Under the pieces are notes generated by a model, which did not search any database, was not told where the DNA came from, and saw nothing but the letters and a program-made list of their open reading frames with translations. From Mycoplasmoidaceae bacterium (GTDB taxonomy: Bacteria; Bacillota_I; Bacilli_A; Mycoplasmatales; Mycoplasmoidaceae), in the NCBI GenBank assembly GCA_045599065.1, contig JAZRVJ010000041.1, positions 1 through 59,444 on the forward strand: 59,444 nt of DNA. Reading direction: 5' to 3'. How positions within the stretch are numbered: position 1 is the stretch's first letter; each line of letters starts with the position of its first letter. Positions 24,787 to 38,355 of this stretch are shown in pieces. Made by a program: the position numbers and the translations under genes.

Positions 24787-25483
24787 ATCCTTTGATTATT
24801 TTCTTATAATCCCTTGGATACTTTGGATTAGTCTTACTAACTTTCTTAGCATAAATGGTATAGAAATCTATACCATCATCGTTTAAAACATCTACTGTAT
24901 CAAGATTAGCACCAAGTATTCTTAATTCTTTATTTAAATCAGTAACTTCTGTTAAGAAGTTTTTACTTTTTGGAACCACTATAGATCCACCAATTTTTGT
25001 AAATGGTACCAACATCTCTAAAATAGTTTCAACTGGAGCCACTGCTTTAGCAGTAGTTAAATCAAATTGTCTTTTTGTAGACGTTTGCTCAATACGTTGA
25101 CAAATAATTTCTACATTATTCAAATGTAAAAGTTCAACTAGTTGTTGCATAAAATTACACTTTTTATGGCTAGATTCAACAATAGTTAATTTAATGTTTG
25201 GAAAAAATAATTTAATAACTATTCCTGGAATCCCTGATCCTGAGCCAACATCTAACAATGTTTTAACTTGACTGAAGTCAACTAGGTGATAAACCATAAT
25301 TGATTGTCAGAAATATTTTGACCAAATAATATCATCACTATCTAATCTTGTTAAATTCATAGTTAGATTTTGTGTTTGTAAAAAATCTTTATAAGCATCT
25401 AATTGCATGCTTAGTTTTTCTTTGTTGCAATTTTTAATTGCAAATAAGTCTAAAGTTTTGTTAATAAACTCAGTTTTAGTCAT
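24770..25483 (-). CDS. rsmG: 16S rRNA (guanine527-N7)-methyltransferase
   Basis: Piece 24770..25297 extends in frame to ATG 25483 (MTKTEFINK...). It has the SAM motif LDVGSGSGIPG. The start overlaps the mnmG stop by 8 nt. Confidence 0.9.
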
Positions 25484-27329
25484 CTTTCTTCTTATTAATA
25501 ATATTTATATAGTTTTTTATGATTGCGATGTCAACTAAATTAATACCAGAGATTCTGCTTGCTTGTTCTAAATCCATTGGTTTAACTTTGTTAAGCTTGT
25601 CTCTTGCTTCCAAGGTTAAGTTAGGAACTTCTTTATAATCTTTTATACCTACAAGGGACACTTTTGCTAGGTTAGACAATTTCTTGATTGCTTTTAATTG
25701 GTTATTAATATAACCTTCAAATTTAACATTGATGTCTAATTTCTTACAAACAATTGGGTTAAGGTTTTTAACCTTACATGCATTTAAAATATCAAATGAT
25801 TTAACTTCCGGTCTTTTTAATAGCTTATACAAAGTGTTATTGCCCGCGCCATATTTTTTTAGTAGAGTTTTATTCTGATAGACTTGATGTGACTTCAAAT
25901 ATTTAATTTGTTTTTTAAATAATTCATCATTCTTTTTAAAATCTTCATACACTTCTTGTTTCACAAGACCAAGTTTATAACCATATTTAATTAAACGCTC
26001 TTGGGCATTATCATTTCTTAAATAAAGTCTATGTTCAGCTCTTGATGTTAATAACCTATAAGGTTCAGTGATACCTTTAGTCATAATATCGTCTGTTAGA
26101 ACACCTAAGTATGCTTCAGATCTTTTTAAAATGAAAGGTTTTTTCTTCTTAATGCTTAAATAAGTATTGATACCAGCAAGCAAGCCTTGCCCAGCGGCTT
26201 CTTCATAACCAGAAGTTCCATTTATTTGACCAGCACAAAATAAATTCTTTATTTGTTTTAATTCATAATTTAGTTTCAATTGTGTTGGATCAATAGCATC
26301 ATATTCTATCGCATACGCGTATTTTAGAAAAATTGCTTTTTCTAATCCTGCGACAGATCTAACTACAAGTTCTTGTGTCTTACGATCAAAACTTGTAGAT
26401 AGACCTTGTAAATACATACTATCTCATTGCATACTTTCAGGTTCAACAAAGACTTGATGTCTGTTCTTATCTGCAAATCTCATAACCTTGTCTTCTATGG
26501 AAGGACAATATCTTGGTCCAATAGAATGTATTCTTCCAGAATACATAGCTGACTTTTTGATATTGTCTCTAATAATCTTGTGAGTCTTTTCGTTAGTGTA
26601 AGTTAAATGACAAGGCACTTGTTTATCAAAAGGTAAAACAGTTGGATGGTAATGCTCAAATGATAGGACATCATTTGTTCCATTTTCAACTTGCATTTTA
26701 GAGAAGTCAATACTTGATTTTAAAATTCTTGGAGGTGTTCCAGTTTTTAACCTAATCAGTTTAATACCTTCTTTGACTAAACTATCTGAAAGATAGTTAG
26801 CAGATTGCTGACCAGATGGACCTTCATGTCTTTGTTCTTCACCACGATGGCAAATAGATTTCAAATATGTACCTGTAGTTAGAATAATAGCTTTAGCTAA
26901 GTATGTATTCTTGCCACACTTAACACCTTCAAATTTGTATTTCTTGATAATTAGTTCTTTTGCTTCATCAATAATTAGAGTCAAATTCTTTTGATTCTTG
27001 ATTGCTTTTATTCAGTAATCATGGTAAAGAACCTTATCGATTTGAGCTCTTAAAGCTCACACACCAGCACCTTTAGCTTGATTTAGAAGTTTCATTTGTA
27101 GTTGGCAAGCATCAGCAGCTTTAGCTTGCATCCCACCTAAAGCATCAATTTCTCTAACTACGTTGCCTTTAGCTGGTCCACCAACTGATGGATTGCAAGG
27201 TGTGTCACCTATGTGTTCTTCATTTAATGTAATTAAAGCAGTCCTAAGTTTTAAATTTGAAGTAGCAAATGCTGCTTCAAGTCCTGCATGTCCTGCACCA
27301 ATAACAATTACATCAAATGTTTTTGTCAT
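25476..27329 (-). CDS. mnmG: tRNA uridine 5-carboxymethylaminomethyl modification enzyme MnmG (GidA)
   Basis: Three pieces share one frame. The N-terminal FAD motif is [16 protein letters not shown]. The protein is 617 aa. Confidence 0.95.
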
Positions 27330-27370
27330 AATGTCTATATATTATAAATAAAAATAGAATGCAAAGCATT

Positions 27371-27517
27371 CTATTCTTTTCTAAAGATTAATGTGTGTCC
27401 AGCTGTTCCTGAATTAGATGCATGGCTAACTAACTCTCAGCCTTCACTTGTTCATTTATCTACAGTAGCTTGTAAATCTTTTAGAAATGGTTTTGATTTA
27501 ACAACTTTATATTTCAT
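27371..27517 (-). CDS. small hypothetical protein (48 aa, DUF4177-like look)
   Basis: My manual translation is MKYKVVKSKPFLKDLQATVDKWTSEGWELVSHASNSGTAGHTLIFRKE. It is too short for the ORF track. A hairpin terminator follows at 27353..27374. Confidence 0.4.
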
Positions 27518-27574
27518 AATTCTGCCTTTCTCATTGATTATACAAAAATAAAAATAGCACTTTAAAGTGCTATT

Positions 27575-27949
27575 CCCTATGCCTAACATAACCCATGTTC
27601 TGTTTAAGGTCAATCATTTATCTATAAAGCAATTTGGTGTCGTAAGGACATTTTTACAACTACTTTATCAACCTATTAATTCAATTCTTAATAGATCATT
27701 CCCTTACCATAATTTAGGTTTCTTGCTTGTGGGGTTTACCGCGTTTCATCTAATTATTTCTAATTAGCTCGTCTCTGTGGTACTATTAAAGTCTTGTCAT
27801 GGTATTTGCTACTTTAGACTAAACTTTCCGTCTTTTAGGAAGCTGTGGCTTATTTATTAACCACACACAATCACTACAAGGTTAGCACCTTGTGCAAGCA
27901 TGGAGTTTCCTCTATTGTTGCCAACAGCGATTGACTGTTAGGCCATAGT
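27575..27949 (-). ncRNA. rnpB: RNase P RNA (type B)
   Basis: The minus strand reads ...GGCCTAACAG..AGAGGAAACTCCATGCTTGCACAAGGTGCTAACCTTGTAGTG ... ACGGAAAGT ... ACAGAACATGGGTTATGTTAGGC. This closely parallels the conserved P4/P5 core of the Bacillus-type RNA (GAGGAAAGUCCAUGCUCGCACGGUGCUGAG; ACAAAACAUGGCUUAC). The P1 ends pair (GGCCTAACA / TGTTAGGC). A terminator hairpin lies at 27552..27574. The ends are accurate to about 10 nt. Confidence 0.85.
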
Positions 27950-27965
27950 ATTATATACTTATTTG

Positions 27966-30900
27966 CTAAAATAGTCTAATTTGTTCATCATCATCAAGAT
28001 GATCTAAGACATGTAAATCCTTCAATTTACCTACTAAGGTAGTAGATAATCTTGTTCTTCTTTCAAGATCCGCAATTGAAGCAAAAGGTCTAACTTTTCT
28101 TGCTTCAACAATTGATTTGGCAGCTTCAACGCCTAAACCATCAACTGCAATAAATGGAGGTAATACTGCGCCATCTTTTACTAAAAATCTAGTTGCATCT
28201 GATTTATTTAAATCAATGTTTAGCATATTGATTCCTCTTGCATACATTTCAAGAGCAACTTCATAAATAGGAATTAAGTTCTCTTGTTTAACTTCTAGTT
28301 TTCTACTTGGATCTCTAGTTTTAACCCTTGATTTGTAATCGTCAAAAATAGGCTTTATTACTTTAGCTCCTTTAGGAATGTTAACAATATCAAACGCTTC
28401 TAAAGTTCTAGCTGAGAATCATGCAGCATAGAAGTGGACTGGATAATAAATCTTAAACCAAGCAGTTCTTACGGCATCGATAACATAAGCAGTAGCGTGA
28501 GCTTTAGGGAAAAGATATTTAATCTTTTCACATGAAGAAATATATCATTGTGGGACATTGGCTGCCATCATTTTTGCTTCATGTTCAGCACTAACACCTT
28601 TATTCTTTCTAATTTTTTCCATAATATCAAAAGCTAAGGCAAATGGTAAACCTTGTCCTGTAAGATATTGAACAATATCTTCACGACAACAAATTAATTG
28701 GTTTAAGTGCGCACCATCAGTAATTAAATCTTCGGCGTTTCCTTGTCATACACCAGTACCGTGACTTAAACCAGATATCTTAATTAGATCGCCAACACAA
28801 GTTGGTTTAGTTTTAGATACAATCCTTCTTGTGTTATTTGTACCAAATTCAGGTAAGGCCATAGTTGCTAACTGATTAGCATCATAGTTCACATCAGTTA
28901 TTCCTAATGATTTGGAGTTAGCAAATAATTGCATAACCTTATCATCATGATAAGGAATAGTATCTAACTTAACACCTGTAATATCTTCAAGATGCTTTAG
29001 GATAGTAGGTTCATCATGTCCTAGAATATCAAATTTTAATAAGTTCTTATCAATTGAGTGGAAATCAAAGTGAGTGGTAAATCAATCTTTGTTCTTATCA
29101 TTTGATGGATAGTTATAAGGACAGAAATTCAAGATGGTATCATCTTGAGGAATAACAACAATACCTCCAGGGTGTTGCCCTGTTGTTCTTTTAATACCAA
29201 TACATTTTCTAGTTAAAACATCAACTAATGCTTTGCTTGGATTTGCATTTGGATCTTTTTGTTCAAAGTATGATTTAACATAACCGAATGCAGTTTTTTC
29301 CGCAACTGTACCTATGGTACCTGCACGAAATGCATGTGTTTCACCAAACATTTGTTTAATAAAGTCATGAGCTTTTGGCTGATATTCACCAGAGAAGTTT
29401 AAATCAATATCTGGTAATTTAGGTCTTGTAGCATCACCCAAGAATGCCTCAAATGGTATGTTATGGCCATCTTTGAACATACTTTCACCACAGACTGGGC
29501 ATTTCTTGCTCGGTAAGTCAAAACCATCTACAGTAACATCATCATATCATTCGATATGGTGACACTTTTTACAAATGTAATGAGGTGGAAGTGGGTTAAC
29601 TTCTGAAATGTTTGCTAAGTATGCAACTAATGATGATCCTACTGAACCTCTTGAACCAACTGGATAACCGTCTTCATTTGTTTTCTTCACTAGTAAGTGA
29701 CTAATTCAATAAATAACTGCATAGCCATTAGCAATAATCAAAGACATTTCTTTGTTAATTCTCTCAGCTATTTTTGGATCAAGCTTTTCACCGAATTTCA
29801 ATTTCGCATTTGTATTAACTAAATTAGTTAATTTAGATTCAGCATTTTCAATCTTTGGTGCATGTAGTTTTTCTGTGATAGGTACAACTTCACCAATTTG
29901 ATTAGCAAAATCTATTGTGTTTGTTATTACTATTTCATGAATTAATTCTTTGTCTTTTAAGAACTTAAAAGCATCAAGCATTTCTTGTGTAGTCATAAAG
30001 TGTTGATCAGGGACAAATGTTGTCTTGTCATGACGATACAATCTATGTCTTACACCACCAAGTTGTTTTGTATAAACAAGAATCTCGTGAATTAATCTTT
30101 CATGTTCATACAAATAGTATGCATCTGAAACAGCACAAACTTTCTTACCTAACTTTTTAGATGTTAAAACAATTTTTTGTAATGCTTTTAAAATATCGTT
30201 TGAATTAAGTTTTTCTTGTCTAACTTGATACTCAACATTCTTATCTGGTGCAACAAAAATGTAATCATACATTTTTATTTTGTTTTCAAAATCTTCTTGT
30301 CTATCGCTTAAAGCTGATTCTCAAATTTGACCATCATAAGGACTTGGGGCAATTAAGATATCATCTTTATATTGTTGCAAGTCTTCATAATGAATCTTAG
30401 GTAAACCATTTGTTAAACCTTTTTCCTCTTGGTCATCATCACGTTGATAAAGTTGTTTTGTTAAAGCTAAAGATATTAAAGTATAGATGGCCTTTAAACC
30501 TTTTCTATTCTTGGCATATACATCAACAAAGTATCCTCTTCTATTTGCTTTCAATGCAGAGTTTTGGAGACTATCATTGATTTGATCAATGGTGGCAACA
30601 TTTCTTTTTAATAATTGAGTTAAAAAATATTGCCAAACAGCTAACAAGTACTCGCTATCCTTATCAGCACGGTGAGCTTCAAGCTCATTGTAGTCTATTC
30701 TTAGCTTTCTTGTTAAAGTTCCAAGATTATGTCTACCCATATGTGTATTTAGAGAGTGAGAGATCTCTAATGTGTCTATTAATGTGTTTTTAATTGGTTC
30801 AACATTAAATCTTTCACACAATTTATTTAAGAAATTTAAGTCGAATCTAATGCCGTTGTGAGCAATTAAAACATCATTCTTGATTCATTCTTTAATTTTA

Positions 30901-32372
30901 ATTAAAGCTGATTTTTGATCCAAGCCATCTTCTACCATTTCGTTGGTAATGTGACTTAAGTTCATAGCTACAGACGTTAATGGTTTAGTTGGTTTAGCAA
31001 AGAAATCAATTCTTTCTACTATTTGTCCATTTTGTCATCTGATTGCACCAAATTCTAATAAGTCATCAAATTCAGGATACAAACCCGTTGTTTCTATATC
31101 AAATACAACATAGCTTGCTTGTTGAAGCGATATCTTGCTTGGATTAACAGCAGCAGGTATGTATTTTTCAATGATTTCAAATTCACAACCATAAATTGGT
31201 TTAATACCAGAATCTTTTTGCGAAGCAAAAATTGCAGGTACTGATTGAACGTTATTTCTTTCAAGAATAGCAATTGCTTGATATCCTTGTTTTTTAGCAA
31301 AGGAATAAATTTCACTTGGTTTTTTAATACCATCAAATGCAGACATGTTTGAGTGGCATAGTAATTCCACTCTTTTTTCTTTTGCATCATCCTTAACTAC
31401 AAACTCAGATGGTGTATCTATTGGATACATACGGTTAATCTTACCTTGTATTTCGTAGTTTGTATATTGGTTAGATTGAATTGTTATGTTGGCATTAACT
31501 CATTGTCCTTCTTTAAAACCGTCAACATAAGCGATTGGCATCATTAAATTTCTTTTTCTCTCACCAAATAATCTATTTAATGTTTTAAGACCGACAAAAC
31601 TTAACTTTAAGGCTCCGCCTTTGTAGTCATAAATTGTAAATTCATAAATGACAGCATTTTGATTTTTCTTAGCTGGTTTTTTAGATACAATAGCTAATTC
31701 ACCGCAAACATTAATTGTAGTTCCTAAAAATTCTTCATTTATATCACTAATAGGAGTAAATGGTCCTCTAACAACAAAACTATGTTTAAATTTATCTAGC
31801 GGTTTTTCAATAACCATTACTTGTTTTAAAGATTCTTCGACAACTTTACGCTTTTCTTGTTCAACAGCAATCATTGCATCACGTTTTTGTGTATCTAAGA
31901 TGTAATCAATTTTATTGATGTTAAAGTTTACTTTAGATAAGAATAAAAGTAACTCTTTTTCAACTGCAGTTACCGCATTCTTTTCTGCTTGAGTAACATA
32001 TTTGACTAATAATGTTTGATTTTCAATTTTGATGTTATCCTTGCTTAAAGCATCTTTTAAGGTATATGAATTAGGATGTGATGTTTTTAAAAATGATTGA
32101 ATATATTCATGAATTTGTTCATAGTTGGAACTAGGATTTTTAGAATTAACTACTATATCTAATTTAGATATAGTGTTGTTCATTAATTTATCATAGATCT
32201 TTTGAGGCAAAACCTCATCAGTAGTGATAGTTACAGTTACTTTGTCATGCTTCTCATCTGGCATTTCCAAAGAAAAATTACAGTAAGGGCTTATTAAATC
32301 AAATTCTTCTTCGCTTAAAATGTTAAATTTTTTATGAGTAAAAAACTCTTTGTAATCTTTCTTTGATACCAT
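27966..32372 (-). CDS. polC: DNA polymerase III alpha subunit, PolC type
   Basis: Seven ORF pieces share one frame via TGA, giving 1468 aa. An internal exonuclease domain is visible ([11 protein letters not shown]), followed by the PHP and polymerase core. Confidence 0.95.
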
Positions 32373-32424
32373 ATGGGTTGACCTCGATTAAAATGATTAT
32401 ACAAAAATAAATATATTTATATAT

Positions 32425-33489
32425 TTATTTTGTTAGTTGTTTTCTTACATATTTATCAAATGCTTTAACATCCGCAAATGATTTGATAGATCTAGGTTTA
32501 ATTTTCTTTATTGCCTTTTCAACAAAAGGTACAATTTGATCAAATCTAATCTTCTTTGCTTTGAATAATTTATGAGCTACTTCGTTAGCAGCGTTGATTG
32601 TAATACCAAGACTATAAGTTTTATCGTTGATTACATCATAAGCAAAAGAAATTGGTTTTACATGATTGATAAGCTGCAAAACATCTTCTTTTGGTTTAGC
32701 CGCATCTTTTTTAATGAATGAAGTTGGAGCTTTGAAATTATTGATTGCCCAAGTTATTGGTAGTGTCATATTAGGCAAACTATGCGAATAAAAGAACGAA
32801 CCATCATTTAATAAGATGGCACTATGAATTAATGATGTTTTATCTCATAAAACATTAATTCTTTTTGTTTTGAAATATCAATATGCTTCAATTACTTCAA
32901 AACATTTATTGATTAAGGTTCCTGAATCAATAGTGATTTTATTCCCCATTTTTCAATTACTGTGAGTAGTTGCTTGTTTATATGTAATCTTTTTTAATTC
33001 ACTAGGTTTGCAATTTAATATTTTTCCACCAGAACCAGTAATATAAATTTGATTTACATCAGATGTTTCTACATTCACCAATTGATAATACAAATTTGTG
33101 TGTTCTGAATCAATTGGAATAATCTTAATGTTATGCTTTTTAGCATAATCAAAAATAAATTTACCAGCAACTACAACTGATTCTTTATTAGCTAATGCAA
33201 TTGTTTTTTTACACTTTAGTGCTGTAATAGTCGCATCTAATCCGGCAAAGCCAACTAAGGCATTAACAACTATATCTGGTTTAGACTTTCTTATCAATGC
33301 TTCATAATTTGTATTTGCTTTTGTACAAATAGAATAAGGTATCCTATTCTCTTTAATTAATTTGGCAGCTAGTTTTTTATTTGAATGATATGAACAACCA
33401 ACAATTTTGTAACCTAATCGATTACAAATTTTAACTGTTTGTGTTCCAATTGAACCTGTTATGCCAAAGATTACTATCTTCATAGTCAT
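32425..33489 (-). CDS. dxr: 1-deoxy-D-xylulose 5-phosphate reductoisomerase
   Basis: Pieces 32425..32778 and 32953..33489 share one frame. Motifs GITGSIG, LANKES, IDSEH, SNWKMG.KITIDS and [11 protein letters not shown] are present. It sits in the conserved cdsA-dxr position. Confidence 0.8.
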
Positions 33490-34538
33490 GAGGCAAAATC
33501 AATACCTTTTGTCGTCATTTGACAAATTATTGTAACTAAATAATAAAAAATAAATATAAATGTTAGTGCATCAAGCCTATCTAATATTCCGCCATGGCCA
33601 GGCAAAAGATTTGAAAAATCTTTAATATTAAATCTACGCTTAATATAACTAAAGAAAAAATCACCAAATATACTTGTTGTTGCCAAAATAATAATTGCAG
33701 CTATATAAATGCCTCAAAAATATGGTTGAAGATTATCGATTTTACTTAATAATGACATTCATTGGCAGCCAACAAAAGTAGCTAATGTGTGATATTTTGA
33801 CTCAATTGGATTTATAAAGCAAATTCCAATTAAACCACATACTAATAAAATTGTTAATGCATATGAGCTAACTAAACCTTCTCATGATTTTTTAGGTGAA
33901 ATTTTGGGAGCAATTTTATGTTTGCCAAACTTAACACCCAATGCATAACCAAAAATATCTGACCCTATAGAAATGGCTAATAAAAATATTAGAGTTGTTC
34001 ATGAATGAATGACAGTTACATAAAAGAAGGAAAGAAAGAATAAAGTTATTCAAAACATTAAAAATGGATACCAAAAAAGACATTCTTTATTAACTTTATT
34101 TTGTTTCCTTAGGACACAAATAATTATTTGATTAATCAGGTAAGTAATTAATGAAATGCCAATAAAAAGTAGGTGAATCCCATAAAATATTCAAACATCA
34201 TCGCCAAAAATCTTTTGCCTATCTAGCAGAAAAATTAAACATGCTGAAAAAACAAATACAAAAAGAGAAATAGTTGTTCACAAAAACATTTTTCTCTTAA
34301 ATTTGAATAAGACACTTAATTCTCTAGATGCAAAATATAAAACAACAATAATCATTAATAAATTAATGAAATTTAAAATTATTCTTGTTGGTGTATCAGC
34401 AGCTATTTCAAACCAACGATAATTTGAGAAAAATAATAACAAAAGATAGAAAATAAAAAATGCACCAATGACTAAAGCTGTCTTTGCTCTAGTTCTTAGT
34501 GAGCTATCTTTTTGTAGTTTTTTTTGAGTGGTTTCCAT
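33486..34538 (-). CDS. cdsA: phosphatidate cytidylyltransferase
   Basis: I translated 33687..34277 by hand and found only TGA interruptions. The signature [27 protein letters not shown] is present. An ATGA overlap links it to dxr. Confidence 0.9.
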
Positions 34539-35092
34539 TATAAAGACATTAAATCTTTTTCTTTCTTAGCAAAGGCTTCTTCTAACTTAGCATTTGCAGC
34601 TTTAGTTACTTTATTAAGTTGATCCTCATAGTATCTGATGTCATCATCAGATATATCTTCAGCTTTTTTGTATTTAGCTTGAACTGTTTGTCTAACGCTT
34701 CTAATCTTTTCTTTTGCAGTATTAAAGTGTTCTTTTGCTTTTTTAACAGCTTCACGTCTAGTTTCTTCAGTTAAAGGAGCAAAAATGATTCTAATACAGT
34801 CAGGATTAACTTGAGGGTTAACACGATATTCAGATTCAGCTAATGCTTTAGCCACATCTTTAATAATGCTACGATCATAAGGCTTAATTAAAAGTTGTCT
34901 TGCATCAACTGCAGACACGTTTGCTAATTGAATTAGTGGCGTTCATTCACCATATGCTTGAACTTTTAAATTGTTAAACATGTTTGGATTAACTCTACCA
35001 GAGTTAATTTTTGCAAATTCATTTTGAAGTCATTCATATACTTCTAATGAACCTAATTCAAATTCATCATTTAAATCTTTTCAATCTACCAT
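34538..35092 (-). CDS. frr: ribosome recycling factor
   Basis: Piece 34538..34918 extends to ATG 35092, giving 184 aa. Its stop shares 1 nt with the cdsA start codon. Confidence 0.93.
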
Positions 35093-35100
35093 AGTTATTC

Positions 35101-35808
35101 CTATTTATGAATACGAGTAAACTTACCTTGACGTTTATAAGCTTTTAAAATACCGTTTTTAGCACTTACGCTAAAGACAATAGTGTCAATGTCATTATCT
35201 TGACATAAACTTAACGCTGTTGAATCCATAACTTTCAATTTCTTGTTAATAGCTTCAGCATAAGTTAGGTTCTTATAAAATTTAGCTTTTTTAGTCTTGT
35301 TAGGGTCAGCAGAGTAGACTCCGTCTACACCATCTTTTCCCATTAGGATTAAATTAGCATGCATATCGATTGCTCTAATTGCACATGCTGTATCAGTTGT
35401 GAAGTAAGGATGGCCTGTACCACCAACGAAGATTAATACTTTTCCTTTAGCTAAGTCATCATTCATTAATGTAATTGATAAAGGGAAAGTAATCTTTTCA
35501 ATTTCTAAAGAAGTATAGATTTCAGCCTTAACACCTAATCTGTGTAGTGTTTCTTTAAATGCTAAACCATTAATAACAGTTGACATCATTCCCATATAGT
35601 CAGCATTGGCCCTTCTGAATGAGTTTTTCCTAGTCATGTTACCTCTTCAGATGTTTCCACCACCAAGAACAACACCAACAGAGTTGGTTTTGTTAATTAA
35701 AGCTATTTGTTTACAAATATCTGTTAATTTCTTAACATCGAAAATATCTTTGTGAACGTTGTCTCTAATTGCTGCACCAGAAATTTTAATTAATATTCTT
35801 TTCTTCAT
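35101..35808 (-). CDS. pyrH: UMP kinase
   Basis: Extends in frame to ATG 35808 (MKKRILIKISGAA...), giving 235 aa. It lies in the tsf-pyrH-frr synteny. Confidence 0.93.
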
Positions 35809-35809
35809 C

Positions 35810-36703
35810 TTATTTACCCATTTGTTGTGCTACTTCAGCAGCAAAGTCTTGTTGTTTCTTTTCTATACCTTCACCAACTTCATATCTAACAAAAGAAATA
35901 ATCTTTAAACCTTTTTGTTTTAAAACTTGTCCTACTTTTGATCCAGGAACATAGTCAAAGTCTTGATCAACAATACAAACTTCGGCTAATTTCTTTTGTA
36001 ATTGTTTATCAACAATGTTCTTAACCATTTCTGCTGGTTTACCTTTGAATTTTTCATTTTCAAAAGCAGCTTTACTTAATAAATCCATTTCAAGTTTAAC
36101 AAATGCACCGTCAACTTGTGTTGAGTCAACAAATTTAGGGTTTAATGCAACAACATGCATTGCCATTTGTTTCTTAAGTTGGTCATCAGCTTTTTTATCA
36201 AACAAAACAATTGCACCATACTTTTTGTTATTGTGAAGATATATACCTATATCTTGTTCAGGAGTACATCTTACTCTTGAGAATCTTCTTAAAGCAACTT
36301 TTTCTCCAATTTTTCCTGTAAGAGCATTTGATGCATCCAATAATGTTTCACCAGTTGGTAGTTTTAATTGATTAATAATTTTAGGATCAGTTTCCTCTGT
36401 GTTTGCAAGCATGATCATAATGTCATCAACAAACTTAATAAAGTTTTCGTTTTTAGCAACGAAGTCAGTTTGTGAGTTGATTTCAGCAATAACTGCTCCA
36501 CCATTTTGGTGCTTAGCAATTGCAATTACACCTTCAGCAGCAATTGCTCCTGCTTTCTTAGCAGCTTTTGCCAATCCTTTTTCTCTTAATTCTTTTACGG
36601 CTGCATCTAGATTGTCATTATGCTTTTCAAGTGCATTTTTGCAATCCAAAAAACCAGCCTGAGTCATTTCTCTTAATTGTTTAATTAATTTAATGTCAGC
36701 CAT
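35810..36703 (-). CDS. tsf: elongation factor Ts
   Basis: Intact 297 aa ORF with an N-terminal UBA-like region (IKQLREMTQAGFLDCKNAL). Confidence 0.96.
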   Translation of the reverse strand: MADIKLIKQLREMTQAGFLDCKNALEKHNDNLDAAVKELREKGLAKAAKKAGAIAAEGVIAIAKHQNGGAVIAEINSQTDFVAKNENFIKFVDDIMIMLANTEETDPKIINQLKLPTGETLLDASNALTGKIGEKVALRRFSRVRCTPEQDIGIYLHNNKKYGAIVLFDKKADDQLKKQMAMHVVALNPKFVDSTQVDGAFVKLEMDLLSKAAFENEKFKGKPAEMVKNIVDKQLQKKLAEVCIVDQDFDYVPGSKVGQVLKQKGLKIISFVRYEVGEGIEKKQQDFAAEVAQQMGK

Positions 36704-36765
36704 TTTTGTTCCTCGTATATTTTAGTTTGTAATTATTATATAATTAAAATACAAAAAATAATAAT

Positions 36766-38313
36766 ATGAATAAGACAAAAATTTTTATCTCAGGTCTACT
36801 AGTATTTGTCTTAGCTGCGATAACTGCAGCTTCAATTGTTTGTTTTATTTATGTTGATATTATTTGACCTTTGATTCTAACAACTGTTTTATTAGTTCTT
36901 GCTGAATTAGCTATTAGTTTAAGAATTATTGTTTCTGGTAGATCGCCATATGCTAAGGCATGTTGAATTTTAGGCATTATTCTTCTTCCTATCATTGGAA
37001 TAATTGCTTTTTTAATCTTTGGTGTTAACCCATTAATCAAGAAACAAAGAAAAGAATATCTTGATAACCAAAAAGAATTTTTAAAAACAGAAGATAATTC
37101 TTTAAGTGAGCAGTTAAAAGACAACCATATATATGGTTGATTATTTGCTTATGGTTATAACAACATGTTAAAACCTGTAACAAAAGACAATCAAATTAAA
37201 GTAATTGAAGATAACACACAATTATTTGAAGAATCAATTAAATTAATTAGGTCCGCTAAAGAATTTATTAATGTCCAATCATTCATCTTTAAATATAAAG
37301 GTTTCTGAACAAGAATTTTCCTAGCTGAATTAATTAAAAAAGCAAACGAAGGTGTTAAAGTTAGAGTAATTTACGATTGACTAGGTTCTTGAAGAAGGGT
37401 GCAACCAAAAATATTTAATCAACTTAAAAAATATGGCGTGGAAGTTGTTTGCTTTAATCCAAAAGGTCTTACTGCATTTAAAGGATCGACAAACTACCGT
37501 TTACACTCTAAATTTATTATTGTAGATAATAAAGTTGCATTATATGGTGGATCGAATTTTGCTGACGAATATTTATCAATGGCTAAATATGAAAATCATT
37601 GAAAAGATTTAAACTTTTTAATAACTGGCCCAATTGTTAATTCGATGAATACAACTTTCATTAACTATTGACTAACATTTACTGGAAATACTATCTCAGA
37701 ATCCAGTAGACAAAATATTAGAAACGATGCAAAATTGCTTCTTAAGAAGCAAGAATTCAAATCAACAAATAGCTTGGCTCAATTATTAATTTTTGACCCA
37801 GATTTCAATGACTTTACCTTGGATAATGCATTGATTAATTGTTTTTTCAATGCTAAAAAATCAATCAAAATAATTTCTCCATATTTTTGTCCCACACCAA
37901 AAATAATTGAAGCATTAAGCTGATGCCATAGTCACAATATTGACATTAAAATTATTACTCATAGTAAAAATCAAAAATATGTGCAAATGATGAATAGGGA
38001 CAATCTGAAAAAAGTTGTTGACTTAGGCATTACTGCATATGAATATGATGGTTATTTGCATAGCAAATTAATCATTATTGATGATGAATATGTTTTAACA
38101 GGTTCATGTAATATTGACTATCGTTCTATCTACTTAGACTTTGAATCTGAATTAGTTATTTATGATAAAAACTTTACTGATAAGATGTTAAATTACTTTA
38201 AAAAGACACTTAAAAATTGCAACTTTTTAACAAGTCAAATTTTGAAAGATAAGTTAAATTTGTCTTCTAGAATTGCTTTAAAATTCTTAAATGTAGGAAA
38301 AAGTTTGTTCTAA
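36766..38313 (+). CDS. cls: cardiolipin synthase (PLD superfamily)
   Basis: Runs from ATG 36766 and joins four same-frame pieces. It has two N-terminal TM helices and two HKD motifs (HSKFIIVD, HSKLIIID). Confidence 0.85.
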
Positions 38314-38355
38314 AAATAAATTTTTATGTCAATAGTAATATGGAGGACATAAAAA

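Noticed and set aside
27567-27767. 66 aa plus-strand ORF in the mnmG-polC gap
   Set aside because: It is antisense to the RNase P RNA, which is supported by conserved core sequence.
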